64,000 nt of DNA. Origin: Patescibacteria group bacterium (GTDB lineage Bacteria > Patescibacteriota > Microgenomatia > UBA8517). The stretch is from positions 184,515 through 248,514 of the forward strand of contig JBBTZT010000003.1 of assembly GCA_038061225.1 (NCBI GenBank), written 5' to 3'. Positions 22,131 through 31,992 of the stretch are shown here, piece after piece (position 1 is the first letter of the stretch; every line of letters begins with the position of its first letter). A program made the position numbers and the translations under genes. The notes below the pieces were generated by a model that was not told the DNA's origin, made no database searches, and worked only from the letters and a program-made list of their open reading frames with translations.

Positions 22131-22818
22131 TTACAAAAATTATCACAGAGATGATGATTACAATAAAATGGAGTCAACTTTTAAAAATATTTTTAAAAAA
22201 AGATTTAAATTAATTTCAAAATTTATTAAGAATCCAAAAAGAGTTTTAGATATTGGTTGTTCAAATGGAGTTTTTTTGGATTTGTATCACAATTCTGAAA
22301 CATGGGGAGTGGAACCATCAAGCATTGGATATAGGATAAAAGATGTAAGACATAGGATAATACACGAGTATTTTGAAGATGCAAAGATACCTGAGAACTA
22401 TTTTGATTTAGTTATTATGAATCATACATTAGAACACGTTAAAGATGCTGATTTAGTTCTTGCAAAAATATATGAATTATTGAGAAAAAATAGAATATTG
22501 TTTATAGATGTTCCCAATGCAGGAGGACTTGGATCTAAAATAATGGGAGATAATTGGGCATATAGATTAGCAAATGAACACAATTATCAGTTTACTAAAG
22601 TTTCGCTTTCAAAAAAACTAAAAGATTCTGGTTTTAAGATAATACATTGGGAATCAAGATCGGGTATTTTTGAACTGGCAAATCCACTACAAGATTTATG
22701 GCTTTCATTAATTAATTTTAAAATGCGTTTTGTAACAAATATTGTTTTATTCCCATATAGTATAGTTACCACGTTATTAAATATGGGAGATAGTATGAGC
22801 TTCGTCGTAAAAAAATAA
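22120..22818 (+). CDS. Class I SAM-dependent methyltransferase.
   Basis: VLDIGCSNGVF is motif I; DLVIMNHTLEHV follows. Confidence 0.6.
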   Translation: MGIDYKNYHRDDDYNKMESTFKNIFKKRFKLISKFIKNPKRVLDIGCSNGVFLDLYHNSETWGVEPSSIGYRIKDVRHRIIHEYFEDAKIPENYFDLVIMNHTLEHVKDADLVLAKIYELLRKNRILFIDVPNAGGLGSKIMGDNWAYRLANEHNYQFTKVSLSKKLKDSGFKIIHWESRSGIFELANPLQDLWLSLINFKMRFVTNIVLFPYSIVTTLLNMGDSMSFVVKK

Positions 22819-22819
22819 T

Positions 22820-24151
22820 ATGAAAAAAATATATTTATTACCCTTTGCTCTAATCGGAATTCATATTTTAATATTGTCAAAATTACAGTTTACTGCTTGG
22901 CCTGAAATGCTTTCATTTCCTTATGTGATTGATAAAGGTTTTATAATTTACAAAGACTTTCATCATGTATATCAACCGCTTCTAACTTTTATTTTGCTTG
23001 GAATTTATAAGATCTTTGGATTTAATATAGTAGCTCTTAAAGCCTTTACATATATTTTAATTGCTATTATCGATTTTGCATTATTCTCAACAGTTAAAAA
23101 ACTAACTAAAAATAATAAGATAGCCATCTTCTCGCTTACATCTTACATTTTATTACAACCTGTCTTTGATGGTAATATGCTTTGGTATGATATTGCAGTA
23201 ATTTTGCCTGTTCTTCTCTCATTTTATTTAGTTCAAACAAATCTGTTTTTGTCAGGTCTTTTTGTTGCTATTGCATTTTTAATAAAACAACAATCAGTTT
23301 TACTTGTTCTACCAATATTTATATATCTTTTGATAATCAAAACAAATGTTAAAGATATCTTAAAGTTTATTTACGGCTGTATTATTCCAGTTTCTGTATT
23401 ATTCCTGTTTTTGTATAAATACAATATATTTTCAGATTATTTATTTTGGACTTTTAAGTTTCCACTTTTTTATTTACCTAAAATTGAAGGTTATGCAATA
23501 AACCCAAATTCCAAAGAGTTTTTCATACTTATATTGATGGGCTTAACTCTAGTTGTTGGTTATATATTAAATATCAAAAAAATAAAATCTATTTTTTATG
23601 TTTTGCTCTTTTTGCTGTTGTTTATGGTTTTGTCTGCATTTCCTAGATTTTCACTTTTTCACTTGCAACCGGCATTGGCTGTTTTTATCATCGTAATTGG
23701 GTATTTGTATAGTTTTAGTAATAAATATTTTGTTTTGTTTTTGATTCCACTTTTGTATCTATGGAAGGGAGTTTTATTAAATCCAATCAAAGAAACGAGA
23801 TTTTACGGAAATAACGAAATTAAATTTTCAGAAAATATTAAAAAAGTAGTAGAAAATAAAAAAGTTTATTTTTTAGGACCCAGCTCAATTTATTATGTTT
23901 TATCAAATACTTTACCACCTAAGCCATGGATAGAAAATTATGTCTGGCATTTTGAGACACCTAAATTACAAAAGAGTGTAATAAATGGTTGGAAAATAGA
24001 CCCACCAAGATACATTTACTGGTCAAAACCAAAAGAAGGTAATTGGTATGACTTAGCTACCTATCAACCTAAGGAAATAGTAGAATATATCAGAGAAAAA
24101 TATATGAAAATAAATGAGTCCCAAGATGTTGAGATTTGGAAATTAAAATGA
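22820..24151 (+). CDS. Polytopic membrane protein, putative GT-C / DUF2079-like glycosyltransferase.
   Basis: More than 10 TM helices and an N-terminal loop TAWPEM; C-terminal soluble domain. Confidence 0.35.
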   Translation: MKKIYLLPFALIGIHILILSKLQFTAWPEMLSFPYVIDKGFIIYKDFHHVYQPLLTFILLGIYKIFGFNIVALKAFTYILIAIIDFALFSTVKKLTKNNKIAIFSLTSYILLQPVFDGNMLWYDIAVILPVLLSFYLVQTNLFLSGLFVAIAFLIKQQSVLLVLPIFIYLLIIKTNVKDILKFIYGCIIPVSVLFLFLYKYNIFSDYLFWTFKFPLFYLPKIEGYAINPNSKEFFILILMGLTLVVGYILNIKKIKSIFYVLLFLLLFMVLSAFPRFSLFHLQPALAVFIIVIGYLYSFSNKYFVLFLIPLLYLWKGVLLNPIKETRFYGNNEIKFSENIKKVVENKKVYFLGPSSIYYVLSNTLPPKPWIENYVWHFETPKLQKSVINGWKIDPPRYIYWSKPKEGNWYDLATYQPKEIVEYIREKYMKINESQDVEIWKLK

Positions 24152-25062
24152 AAACTGCAATAATTAATAGATATCAATTTAAAGTTAATAGAGGTGCAGA
24201 AACATTTGTTACTGAACTTGCCAAGAGGTTTTCAGAGAATCACCAAGTAGACATATTAACCAAGATAAACTTCACTAAAAAATACGATTTAATTATCCCA
24301 ACAAATGGTAGATTTCAAGTTTTTACTGCTCGTATATTAACTTGGTTGACAGGTGCAAAAATGATTGTTTCTGGTCAATCAGGAATTGGATTAGATGATA
24401 GATTAAATCTTTACGCTTTCCCTGATTATTTCATTGGGCTGTCAAATTATGCTGTAAATTGGGCAAGGAAAATAAATCCATTTGTAAGAGTTGTAAAGAT
24501 TCCAAATGGTGTATCACTTAAGGATTTTAAACAACAAGGTGTCACCTTGTTGTTTGATTTGCCTGAGCCGATTGTTTTGTGTGTATCTGCTTTAGTTAAT
24601 TGGAAACGGTTAGACTTGGTTATTAAAGCAGTATCAAAACTTAAAAAAGGATCATTACTTTTGGTTGGTAAGGGTGATCAAGTGAAAAATTTACAAAAGT
24701 TAGGAGACAAATTGCTTGCGCATAGATTTAAAATAATGAACTTTGCTCATAGAGATATGCCAAAAGTATATAGAAGTGCTGATCTTTTTGTTTTCCCAAC
24801 TGTTCCTTGGGAGTCATTTGGAATAGCTATGGTTGAAGCAATGGCGTCAGGTCTTCCAGTTGTAGCAACTGATGATCCAATAAGAAGAGAAATTGTGGGA
24901 GATGCAGGTTTATTTGTTGATCCAACAGATACAAATAAATTTGCAAATACAATTGAAAAGGCATTAAATACAAATTGGGGTGAGAAACCTAGAAAACAGG
25001 CAGAAAAATTTAGTTGGGATAAAATAGCGTTAGAATATGAAGAGTTGTTTAAAAATATATAA
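24136..25062 (+). CDS. Glycosyltransferase family 4 (GT-B).
   Basis: FPTVPWESFGIAMVEAMASGLPVVATDD matches the E-x7-E region. Confidence 0.7.
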   Translation: MEIKMKTAIINRYQFKVNRGAETFVTELAKRFSENHQVDILTKINFTKKYDLIIPTNGRFQVFTARILTWLTGAKMIVSGQSGIGLDDRLNLYAFPDYFIGLSNYAVNWARKINPFVRVVKIPNGVSLKDFKQQGVTLLFDLPEPIVLCVSALVNWKRLDLVIKAVSKLKKGSLLLVGKGDQVKNLQKLGDKLLAHRFKIMNFAHRDMPKVYRSADLFVFPTVPWESFGIAMVEAMASGLPVVATDDPIRREIVGDAGLFVDPTDTNKFANTIEKALNTNWGEKPRKQAEKFSWDKIALEYEELFKNI

Positions 25063-25970
25063 TGGATAAAGTTATAGTTACAGGTGGAGCAGGTTTCATT
25101 GGGAGTCATGTGGTGGATTTAATGGTGGCTAAAAAGTATGACGTTTACGTTTTTGATAATCTTTCAACTGGAATTAAAAGCAATATTAACAAGAAAGCAA
25201 AATTTTTTAAAGTTGATATTACTGACTTTGAGAAAATTAATAGTTTGATCAGAGACATTAAACCTGCATGCATATTCCACTTAGCTGCATGGCCAAGAAT
25301 CGGTCGTTCTATGGATGATCCCATAGGTACAAATAATGTCAATGTAAATGGAACATTAAATATGTTGGAGACTGCAAGAATTAACAATATTCCTCGTTTT
25401 ATATATTCATCTTCCTCTAGTGTTTACGGTATGCAAAAGACATACAAAATGAAAGAAAATATGGATTTAAATCCGATGTCACATTATGCACTTCAAAAAT
25501 TAATAAGTGAGAAATACGCAACTTTTTATGCAGAGAGTTTTGGGATGAAAATTATTTCCTTAAGATATTTTAGTGTCTACGGAGACCGTCAACCAGATAG
25601 TGGACCATATGCATTAGTAATTGCAAAATTTATAGATCAATCAAGGAAAGGTCATAAATTGACTGTTTTTGGTGATGGTAAACAAACACGAGATTTCACT
25701 CATGTGTCAGATGTTGCCAACGCCAATTATTTAGCATTAAAAACGAATATTAAAAGAGGAATTAATAATATTATAAATATCGGAACATCTAAAGAAACAT
25801 CGGTTAATAAAATAGCTAAAATAATTGGTGGTGATGTTGAACATATTATTCCTAATCCTCGACAAAAATATGAAGAGCAACGAAAAATGGCAGATATAAC
25901 TTTGGCAAAAAAAGTTTTGAGGTGGAAACCAAAAATAAATATTAATGAAGGGTTAAAGATTTTAATATGA
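25062..25970 (+). CDS. NAD-dependent epimerase/dehydratase (UDP-sugar 4-epimerase-like).
   Basis: [11 protein letters not shown] Rossmann motif, SSSSVYG, and a YALQK YxxxK. Confidence 0.75.
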   Translation: MDKVIVTGGAGFIGSHVVDLMVAKKYDVYVFDNLSTGIKSNINKKAKFFKVDITDFEKINSLIRDIKPACIFHLAAWPRIGRSMDDPIGTNNVNVNGTLNMLETARINNIPRFIYSSSSSVYGMQKTYKMKENMDLNPMSHYALQKLISEKYATFYAESFGMKIISLRYFSVYGDRQPDSGPYALVIAKFIDQSRKGHKLTVFGDGKQTRDFTHVSDVANANYLALKTNIKRGINNIINIGTSKETSVNKIAKIIGGDVEHIIPNPRQKYEEQRKMADITLAKKVLRWKPKININEGLKILI

Positions 25971-26806
25971 TTTCTGTAATTATTCCTACATACAATGAAG
26001 AAAGTGTAATTCTAGAATGTTTAAATTCACTTTCTAAACAAAGTCTTAGGAATTTTGAAATAATTGTTGTCGATGATGGGAGCACTGACAAAACTTTACA
26101 AGTTTTGTCAGATCTAAGATCTAAGATCTATGATCTAAGAATACTTACACAGGAACACAAAGGGGCAGGAGCTGGAAGAAACTTGGGAGCAAATAGTGCA
26201 AAGGGAGAGATCTTGGTTTTTGTAGATAGTGACATGACATTTGACAAAAACTTCTTAAAGATGTTAACCAAACCAATTGTTGCTGGTAAAAGTAAAGGAA
26301 CTTTTTCAAAAGATGAGATTGTTAGTAACTGGGATAATATCTGGTCTAGATGTTGGAATAAAAATGAGGGCTGGATGGATAAAAAGAGGCACCCAAAGAA
26401 TTATCCAGACACACAAAAAGTATTTAGAGCAATTTTACGAACGGAGTTCGATAAAGTGGGAGGTTTTACTGCAGGTGGCTACAATGATGATTGGAGTCTG
26501 TCTGAAAAGTTGGGATATGAAGCAACAGTTGCCGCGTCAAACGCGGTTTTCTACCACAAAAACCCTGAAAGCTTAAGTGAAATTTATAACCATGCAAAAT
26601 GGGTAGGGAAGAGAAGATATAAACTTGGTATGCTTGGCTACTTAGTAGGCTTGGTAAGATCAAGTTTTCCCATATCTATTGTTTTTGGCATACTACGTTC
26701 TACATTCTGCTTACTACCAGCTTACTTAATTTTTAAAATTGTGTACGATATGGGTATTTTTGTTGGAATAATTAGTTATATGTTTACTAAAAAAGGTGCA
26801 AAATGA
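25967..26806 (+). CDS. Glycosyltransferase family 2.
   Basis: ISVIIPTYNEE...IIVVDDGSTDKT...FVDSD is the classic GT2 N-terminal domain, followed by C-terminal TM helices. Confidence 0.75.
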   Translation: MISVIIPTYNEESVILECLNSLSKQSLRNFEIIVVDDGSTDKTLQVLSDLRSKIYDLRILTQEHKGAGAGRNLGANSAKGEILVFVDSDMTFDKNFLKMLTKPIVAGKSKGTFSKDEIVSNWDNIWSRCWNKNEGWMDKKRHPKNYPDTQKVFRAILRTEFDKVGGFTAGGYNDDWSLSEKLGYEATVAASNAVFYHKNPESLSEIYNHAKWVGKRRYKLGMLGYLVGLVRSSFPISIVFGILRSTFCLLPAYLIFKIVYDMGIFVGIISYMFTKKGAK

Positions 26807-28116
26807 TATTTACAATTTTAATTTTTGCTTTTCTGCTTCGTCTAATTAGTCTTAATCAATCATTGTGGCTTGATGAGGCAACAACAGCCCTTGTAGCTAA
26901 AATGCCAATTTATGATTTTTTTACTAAATTCATGCCCGCAGATTTTCATCCACCGCTTTATTACTTAGTGATTCGTGGTTGGTGGTTGGTGGTTAGTGGG
27001 AGCGAGATTGCTTTACGTTTACCATCTGTTGTCTTTGGTTTATTAACTATTTATTTTGTTTATTTAATAGCAAAAGAAATTAAACTAAAATATCCACTTG
27101 TGCCAGCCTTATTTTTGGCTACATCTGGACTGCATGTTTATTATTCACAAGAAGCGAGAATGTATGCGATGGCTACTTGGTTAGTTAGTTACTTAGTCTT
27201 TAGTTACATTAAAAAAAAGTGGGTTATTTTTGCATTACTTTTACCTGCAATATTTTTGACTGATTATGTATCGCTATTAATTTTACCTGTTTTATTTATG
27301 TTTACTTTTTTCAATGACCGTAAGCAAAGCTTGCCACTTCGTGGTAAAAACATTAAACAATTTATGATTTCATGTATTCCATTTGCCATAACTTTTATTG
27401 TTTGGTTACCATTTTTGTCTAAACAATTAGTTGCTGGCATGTCAATTAAAGATAGTGCTTGGTGGAATATATTAGGTCCTGTCACTTTAAAAAATGTAGC
27501 CCTTATTCCAACTAAATTTATGATTGGGAGGGTTGGGTTTGAAAATAAAATAATTTATGGAATAGTAATGTCAATAATTTCGGTGTTTTTTGCCTATGTT
27601 ATAGGTAGGGCTAAAAACAGGTTAATTTGGTCATGGTTTAGTTGGTCTTTAGTTTTTGGTATTATTCTTTCATTTTTTATACCAACTCTCACATATTTTA
27701 GATACTTATTTATTTTACCTGCGTTTTATCTGCTTTTGTCTGAAACAAAAAGCAAGTTTTTTATTGTTTGTATCTTAATTATTAATCTTTTAGCTTCATA
27801 CTTTTACCTCTCTCGCGAGAGGTTCCAAAGAGAAGATTGGAGAAGTGTAGCAAATTTAATTAGAAATGAAAGAATAGTTTTCCCTAGTGATTCTCAAAAA
27901 GAAGCACTTATTTATTATGGTAAAGGTGCCCAAGTAATTTCTGTCCTAGATCTGAAATCTGACATCACAGATCCTGTTTGGCTCTCACGATATGTTTGGG
28001 AGATTTTTGATCCTAAAGATGAGGCAAGATCTAGGATCGATGATCTAGGATATAAGAAAACGGCAGAATATAACTTTAATGGTGTAGAATTATGGAAATA
28101 TGAAAATAGCAATTGA
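26803..28116 (+). CDS. GT-C membrane glycosyltransferase, PMT_2/ArnT-like (GT39/GT83).
   Basis: LWLDEATTALVA DE motif in loop 1, and more than 10 TM helices. Confidence 0.55.
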   Translation: MIFTILIFAFLLRLISLNQSLWLDEATTALVAKMPIYDFFTKFMPADFHPPLYYLVIRGWWLVVSGSEIALRLPSVVFGLLTIYFVYLIAKEIKLKYPLVPALFLATSGLHVYYSQEARMYAMATWLVSYLVFSYIKKKWVIFALLLPAIFLTDYVSLLILPVLFMFTFFNDRKQSLPLRGKNIKQFMISCIPFAITFIVWLPFLSKQLVAGMSIKDSAWWNILGPVTLKNVALIPTKFMIGRVGFENKIIYGIVMSIISVFFAYVIGRAKNRLIWSWFSWSLVFGIILSFFIPTLTYFRYLFILPAFYLLLSETKSKFFIVCILIINLLASYFYLSRERFQREDWRSVANLIRNERIVFPSDSQKEALIYYGKGAQVISVLDLKSDITDPVWLSRYVWEIFDPKDEARSRIDDLGYKKTAEYNFNGVELWKYENSN

Positions 28117-29173
28117 TCTGTCACAAATTATATATGGTACTGGAGTATCTCATTATAGGGAGAATTTGGTTAAAAATTTATTAAAAATTTCTCCAGAAAA
28201 TAAATATTTGTTATACGGTGGATCGCTTCGTAGATTTAACGAACTGAAGAGTAGAATCAATTCATATGGATCAACAGATACAAAAGTTTTTCCTATTCCA
28301 CCAAGGTTCGCAAACATAATTTGGAATAAGCTACATATATTACCTATTGAAAAAATAATTGGAAATGTAGATTTGATTCACACTTCAGATTGGGTAGAAC
28401 CACCTTCAAGTTTACCTAAAGTAACCACAATACACGACCTTGTTCCGTTAGTTCTGCCTCAATTTACACCTAAAATTATAGTTGAGACGCACAAAGAAAG
28501 ACTCAAATGGGTAGAAAAAGAATCAAAAAAAATAATTGTTCCGAGTGAAACTACTAAAATTGATTTAATTAAACTTGGTGTAGATGAAAACAGAATAGCT
28601 GTTATCTATGAGGCACCAAACATAACAAAAGCGACTGAGGCCCAAGTGGTTGAATCTAAAAGGAAATATAAAATTCATGAAGAATATATCATTATGATTG
28701 GTACTAACCCCAGAAAAAACATTGAGAGAGCGGTGAAGGCATTTCATTTAGCCAAGCATGGTAAAAATTTAAGATTGTTAATCGTTGGTGAAAATAAAGA
28801 TTTGAAATTGGAAGATGAAAGGGGAGTTAGGTTTTTAGGTTTTGTGCCAACTTCTGATCTCTCACCTCTTTTGACTGGTTCAAGTGTTTTATTGTTTCCA
28901 TCTTTATATGAAGGATTTGGTGTTCCAATACTTGAAAGCTTTGCCTGTGAGGTACCGGTTGTTACCTCTAATATTTCAAGCATGCCAGAAGCAGCAGGTG
29001 GCGCTGCAGTTTTGGTTGATCCATATGATGTTAATTCTATTGCAGCTGGAATTGAAGAAGCCATTAGTAAACCCAAAACTTTAATTGCAAAAGGTCTAAA
29101 AGTTATAAGTAATTATAGTTGGTCCAAAACTGCCAAAGAAACATTGGAAGTATACAAGGAGGTAGTAAGATGA
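28100..29173 (+). CDS. Glycosyltransferase family 4 (GT-B).
   Basis: FPSLYEGFGVPILESFACEVPVVTSN. Confidence 0.75.
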   Translation: MKIAIDLSQIIYGTGVSHYRENLVKNLLKISPENKYLLYGGSLRRFNELKSRINSYGSTDTKVFPIPPRFANIIWNKLHILPIEKIIGNVDLIHTSDWVEPPSSLPKVTTIHDLVPLVLPQFTPKIIVETHKERLKWVEKESKKIIVPSETTKIDLIKLGVDENRIAVIYEAPNITKATEAQVVESKRKYKIHEEYIIMIGTNPRKNIERAVKAFHLAKHGKNLRLLIVGENKDLKLEDERGVRFLGFVPTSDLSPLLTGSSVLLFPSLYEGFGVPILESFACEVPVVTSNISSMPEAAGGAAVLVDPYDVNSIAAGIEEAISKPKTLIAKGLKVISNYSWSKTAKETLEVYKEVVR

Positions 29174-29502
29174 AAATTTTGGTTTTTACAAATAAAGCTA
29201 CAAAGGAAGAAATAGAACAAGTTTCGGAGCATTTTCAGGGGTATATCAAGGTTGTTGTTGATATTGAAAATAGAATATTATGTGCAGGTGCTGATCGACA
29301 TGTTGATGAGGAGCAGGAACTTCTTAAACTTGGCTCGAAACAATCAAATCTTTGGGGAGGGGGAATTGATATTGAAACGGGTGAGATAGATTACAACTCG
29401 ATGGTCAATATTCGTCCCAATCAAGATAATCCTAGCCGTGATATTATGTCAATGGAAATTAGAAAAACTTTTGATGAAATTGTAACAAAAATACTAAAAT
29501 GA
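29170..29502 (+). CDS. Hypothetical protein.
   Basis: ATGA overlap with the previous gene; no recognisable domain. Confidence 0.3.
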   Translation: MKILVFTNKATKEEIEQVSEHFQGYIKVVVDIENRILCAGADRHVDEEQELLKLGSKQSNLWGGGIDIETGEIDYNSMVNIRPNQDNPSRDIMSMEIRKTFDEIVTKILK

Positions 29503-29792
29503 CAGATATGAATGATACAACAAAACAAACAGTAATGGATATTGCAATGAATCTTCATAGAATTGGTGGTTGGGTGGCTGATGATTTTAAAAAAAATGAA
29601 AAGAAAATTTACATCTTTATTAAAAACACAGATGAGTATATAACCACAATTCAAAACTTAGGCGATAAGTTTAAACCAACATGGTCAAATTTTATAAATG
29701 TCTATCCTAATTTTAAAAATGATCCACGAAATAATGCAGAAAACTTAATGACATGGGGAAATATTTTAACGCATAGGAGTAAATTTTTATAA
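29499..29792 (+). CDS. Hypothetical protein.
   Basis: ATGA overlap; no recognisable domain. Confidence 0.3.
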   Translation: MTDMNDTTKQTVMDIAMNLHRIGGWVADDFKKNEKKIYIFIKNTDEYITTIQNLGDKFKPTWSNFINVYPNFKNDPRNNAENLMTWGNILTHRSKFL

Positions 29793-29793
29793 T

Positions 29794-30942
29794 ATGATTA
29801 TTGGTATTGACGGAAATGAGGCAAATGTAGAAAATAGGGTGGGGGTAAATAAATATGCCTTCGAAATGCTTTGGGGCTTGAAAAAAGAAAACGAAGAAAA
29901 GCCAAAACCAAACAGTCTCATAGTTTATCTTAAAAACGCGCCACTTTCTGATATGCCGAAAGAAACCAAAAAATTTAAGTACAAGGTTATAGAAGGGCGT
30001 GGCCTTTGGATTATTACAAAACTTACCCCTTATCTTTTAAAGAACCCAGAAAAAATAGATGTTTTATTTTCTCCAAGCCACTACACGCCACCGTTATTGA
30101 CAATTCCTCGTATTTGTTCAATAATGGATCTAGGTTATCTCGAAAATACGACTCAATTTGAGAAAAAGGTACTTTGGCAGTTAAAGTATTGGACTGCTAT
30201 TTCTATTTTTGCCTCAAAACATGTCTTAACTATATCAGAAGCTAGCAAAAACGATATTGTACGACATTATCCTTTTGCCTTGAATAAGGTGACCGTTACT
30301 CATTTGGGATATGATAAAGATAGATTTAATTTAAATGTCTCCAATAATCTTGTGCGACAGATAAAAAACAAGTACTCTATAGTAGAAGATTATATACTCT
30401 TCCTAAGCACTCTGAAGCCATCTAAGAACATCGAAGGTTTATTAGATGCATATTCATTGTTAAACACTAAAAAGGTATTTAAGAATTTGCCACAGCTTGT
30501 TATAGCAGGTAAAAAAGGATGGATGTTTGATGATATCTATAAAAAAGTTAAGGATTTAGATCTTAGCGATAAAGTTATCTTTACAGATTTTATAAAAGAA
30601 GAAGAAAAACCAGCACTCATTGCTGGATCTAAACTTTTTGTACTCCCTTCCTTCTGGGAAGGTTTTGGACTTGATATCTTATCTGCTTTTGGATGTGGTG
30701 TTCCTGTTGTTGCCTCAAATGTCGGTAGTTTGCCAGAGGTTGCTGGTAAAGCTGCTATTTTAGTTGATCCAAATAACACTGAAAATATCGCAAAAGGAAT
30801 AGAAAAAGTTTTAAAAATGAGCAAAGAAGAATATAATAGTTTAATAAACTTAGGGTTTAATGAAGTAAAGAAATTTAGTTGGGAAAATTGTTCAAAGAAA
30901 ACATTAGAAGTAATTGAAAATGCTAATAAAAAAAATAATTAA
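29794..30942 (+). CDS. Glycosyltransferase family 4 (GT-B).
   Basis: LPSFWEGFGLDILSAFGCGVPVVASNVGSLPEV. Confidence 0.75.
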   Translation: MIIGIDGNEANVENRVGVNKYAFEMLWGLKKENEEKPKPNSLIVYLKNAPLSDMPKETKKFKYKVIEGRGLWIITKLTPYLLKNPEKIDVLFSPSHYTPPLLTIPRICSIMDLGYLENTTQFEKKVLWQLKYWTAISIFASKHVLTISEASKNDIVRHYPFALNKVTVTHLGYDKDRFNLNVSNNLVRQIKNKYSIVEDYILFLSTLKPSKNIEGLLDAYSLLNTKKVFKNLPQLVIAGKKGWMFDDIYKKVKDLDLSDKVIFTDFIKEEEKPALIAGSKLFVLPSFWEGFGLDILSAFGCGVPVVASNVGSLPEVAGKAAILVDPNNTENIAKGIEKVLKMSKEEYNSLINLGFNEVKKFSWENCSKKTLEVIENANKKNN

Positions 30943-31477
30943 TCGCCTTTACAATTATTGGCTTGATTTTGAACTCATGTATTTAAGGTGGGTGGGATAT
31001 ATTCCATCGCATACAATCCGGAAACTTAAATATAAGTTTTTTGGTATGAAAATTGGTATAGGTTCAACAATTCACATGTGGGCTAATTTTTTTCAGCCAA
31101 ACAATATAGAGATAGGTGAAGATACGATTATTGGAGATCATGTCTTTTTAGATGGTCGTGCAAAACTTAAGATTGGGAACCATGTAGATGTCGCCTCAAG
31201 TGTGATGATTTACAATTCAGAACATGATCTTGAGTCAAGTGATTTTAGTGCAATTTTAGCTCCGGTTGAAATAGGAGATTATGTTTTTATAGGTCCAAGA
31301 GTAATTATTATGCCAGGAGTTAAAATCGGGAAGGGAGCAGTTGTTGCTGGTGGAGCAGTAGTAACAAAAGATGTTGATTCTTTTACAATTGTTGGTGGTG
31401 TTCCTGCAAAAGAAATTGGGACAAGAAAAAACAAAAACCTAAATTATCGCCTTGGAAGGGCAAGACTTTTTCAGTGA
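30914..31477 (+). CDS. Sugar O-acetyltransferase, left-handed beta-helix (hexapeptide repeat).
   Basis: Repeats IGEDTIIG, IGNHVDV, IGDYVFIG, IGKGAVVAGGAVV. Confidence 0.75.
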   Translation: MKMLIKKIINRLYNYWLDFELMYLRWVGYIPSHTIRKLKYKFFGMKIGIGSTIHMWANFFQPNNIEIGEDTIIGDHVFLDGRAKLKIGNHVDVASSVMIYNSEHDLESSDFSAILAPVEIGDYVFIGPRVIIMPGVKIGKGAVVAGGAVVTKDVDSFTIVGGVPAKEIGTRKNKNLNYRLGRARLFQ

Positions 31478-31992
31478 AGATGAACAAATTGTTAAAGCTA
31501 TTCTTTTTTTTAATTTCTATATTTCTTTTAATTTACATTCTTCCCAAAAGTCCAGAATTTCCACAGCCACCTGCTGGTGCTGTCCAATCTTTTGAACCTG
31601 CAGATGTTGAAAATACTTTAAGAAGAGGATATTACACAAATTTAAATAGAGAAGAAGTTATAAGCCATTACAAAAATGAATTTAACAAAGGTTTTAATGT
31701 ATATACCCCTCGTCTTAATTATCCACCTGAAGATGCACCAGTTTTTATTAGAGATCAAACAAAAAGTACTTTTTTAGAAGAAATTGTTCATCCATTAAGA
31801 GAGTCAATTTATATTAATGGATTTGAACCCAAATCAGAAGAGTATGCACAGTATTATAAAGGAATTAGATACAATCAAAGAATAATCATTAGATATATAC
31901 CAAGCTCTAATTTAAATAGAATAATTATATTAGCTTTAACTCTTGTGGTTAGTTTACTATTGATGAGAGAATACAAATATGCAAAAAAATGA
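31474..31992 (+). CDS. Hypothetical membrane-anchored protein.
   Basis: N-terminal TM (LLKLFFFLISIFLLIYIL) and C-terminal TM. Confidence 0.3.
   Translation: MKMNKLLKLFFFLISIFLLIYILPKSPEFPQPPAGAVQSFEPADVENTLRRGYYTNLNREEVISHYKNEFNKGFNVYTPRLNYPPEDAPVFIRDQTKSTFLEEIVHPLRESIYINGFEPKSEEYAQYYKGIRYNQRIIIRYIPSSNLNRIIILALTLVVSLLLMREYKYAKK

Noticed and set aside
26111-26138. Considered whether the GATCTAA tandem repeat, or the GATCTAGGAT x2 repeat at 28027-28052, could be a CRISPR array or part of one.
   Set aside because: The units are 7-10 nt with no spacers, far below CRISPR repeat size, and both lie inside coding sequence. No CRISPR array is present in the window.
30914-31477. Hexapeptide acetyltransferase considered as the missing GlmU acetyltransferase half.
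   Set aside because: It lies 20 kb away inside the glycan locus. Its size and motif pattern fit the sugar O-acetyltransferase (WbbJ/LacA-like) type better than the GlmU C-terminal domain.
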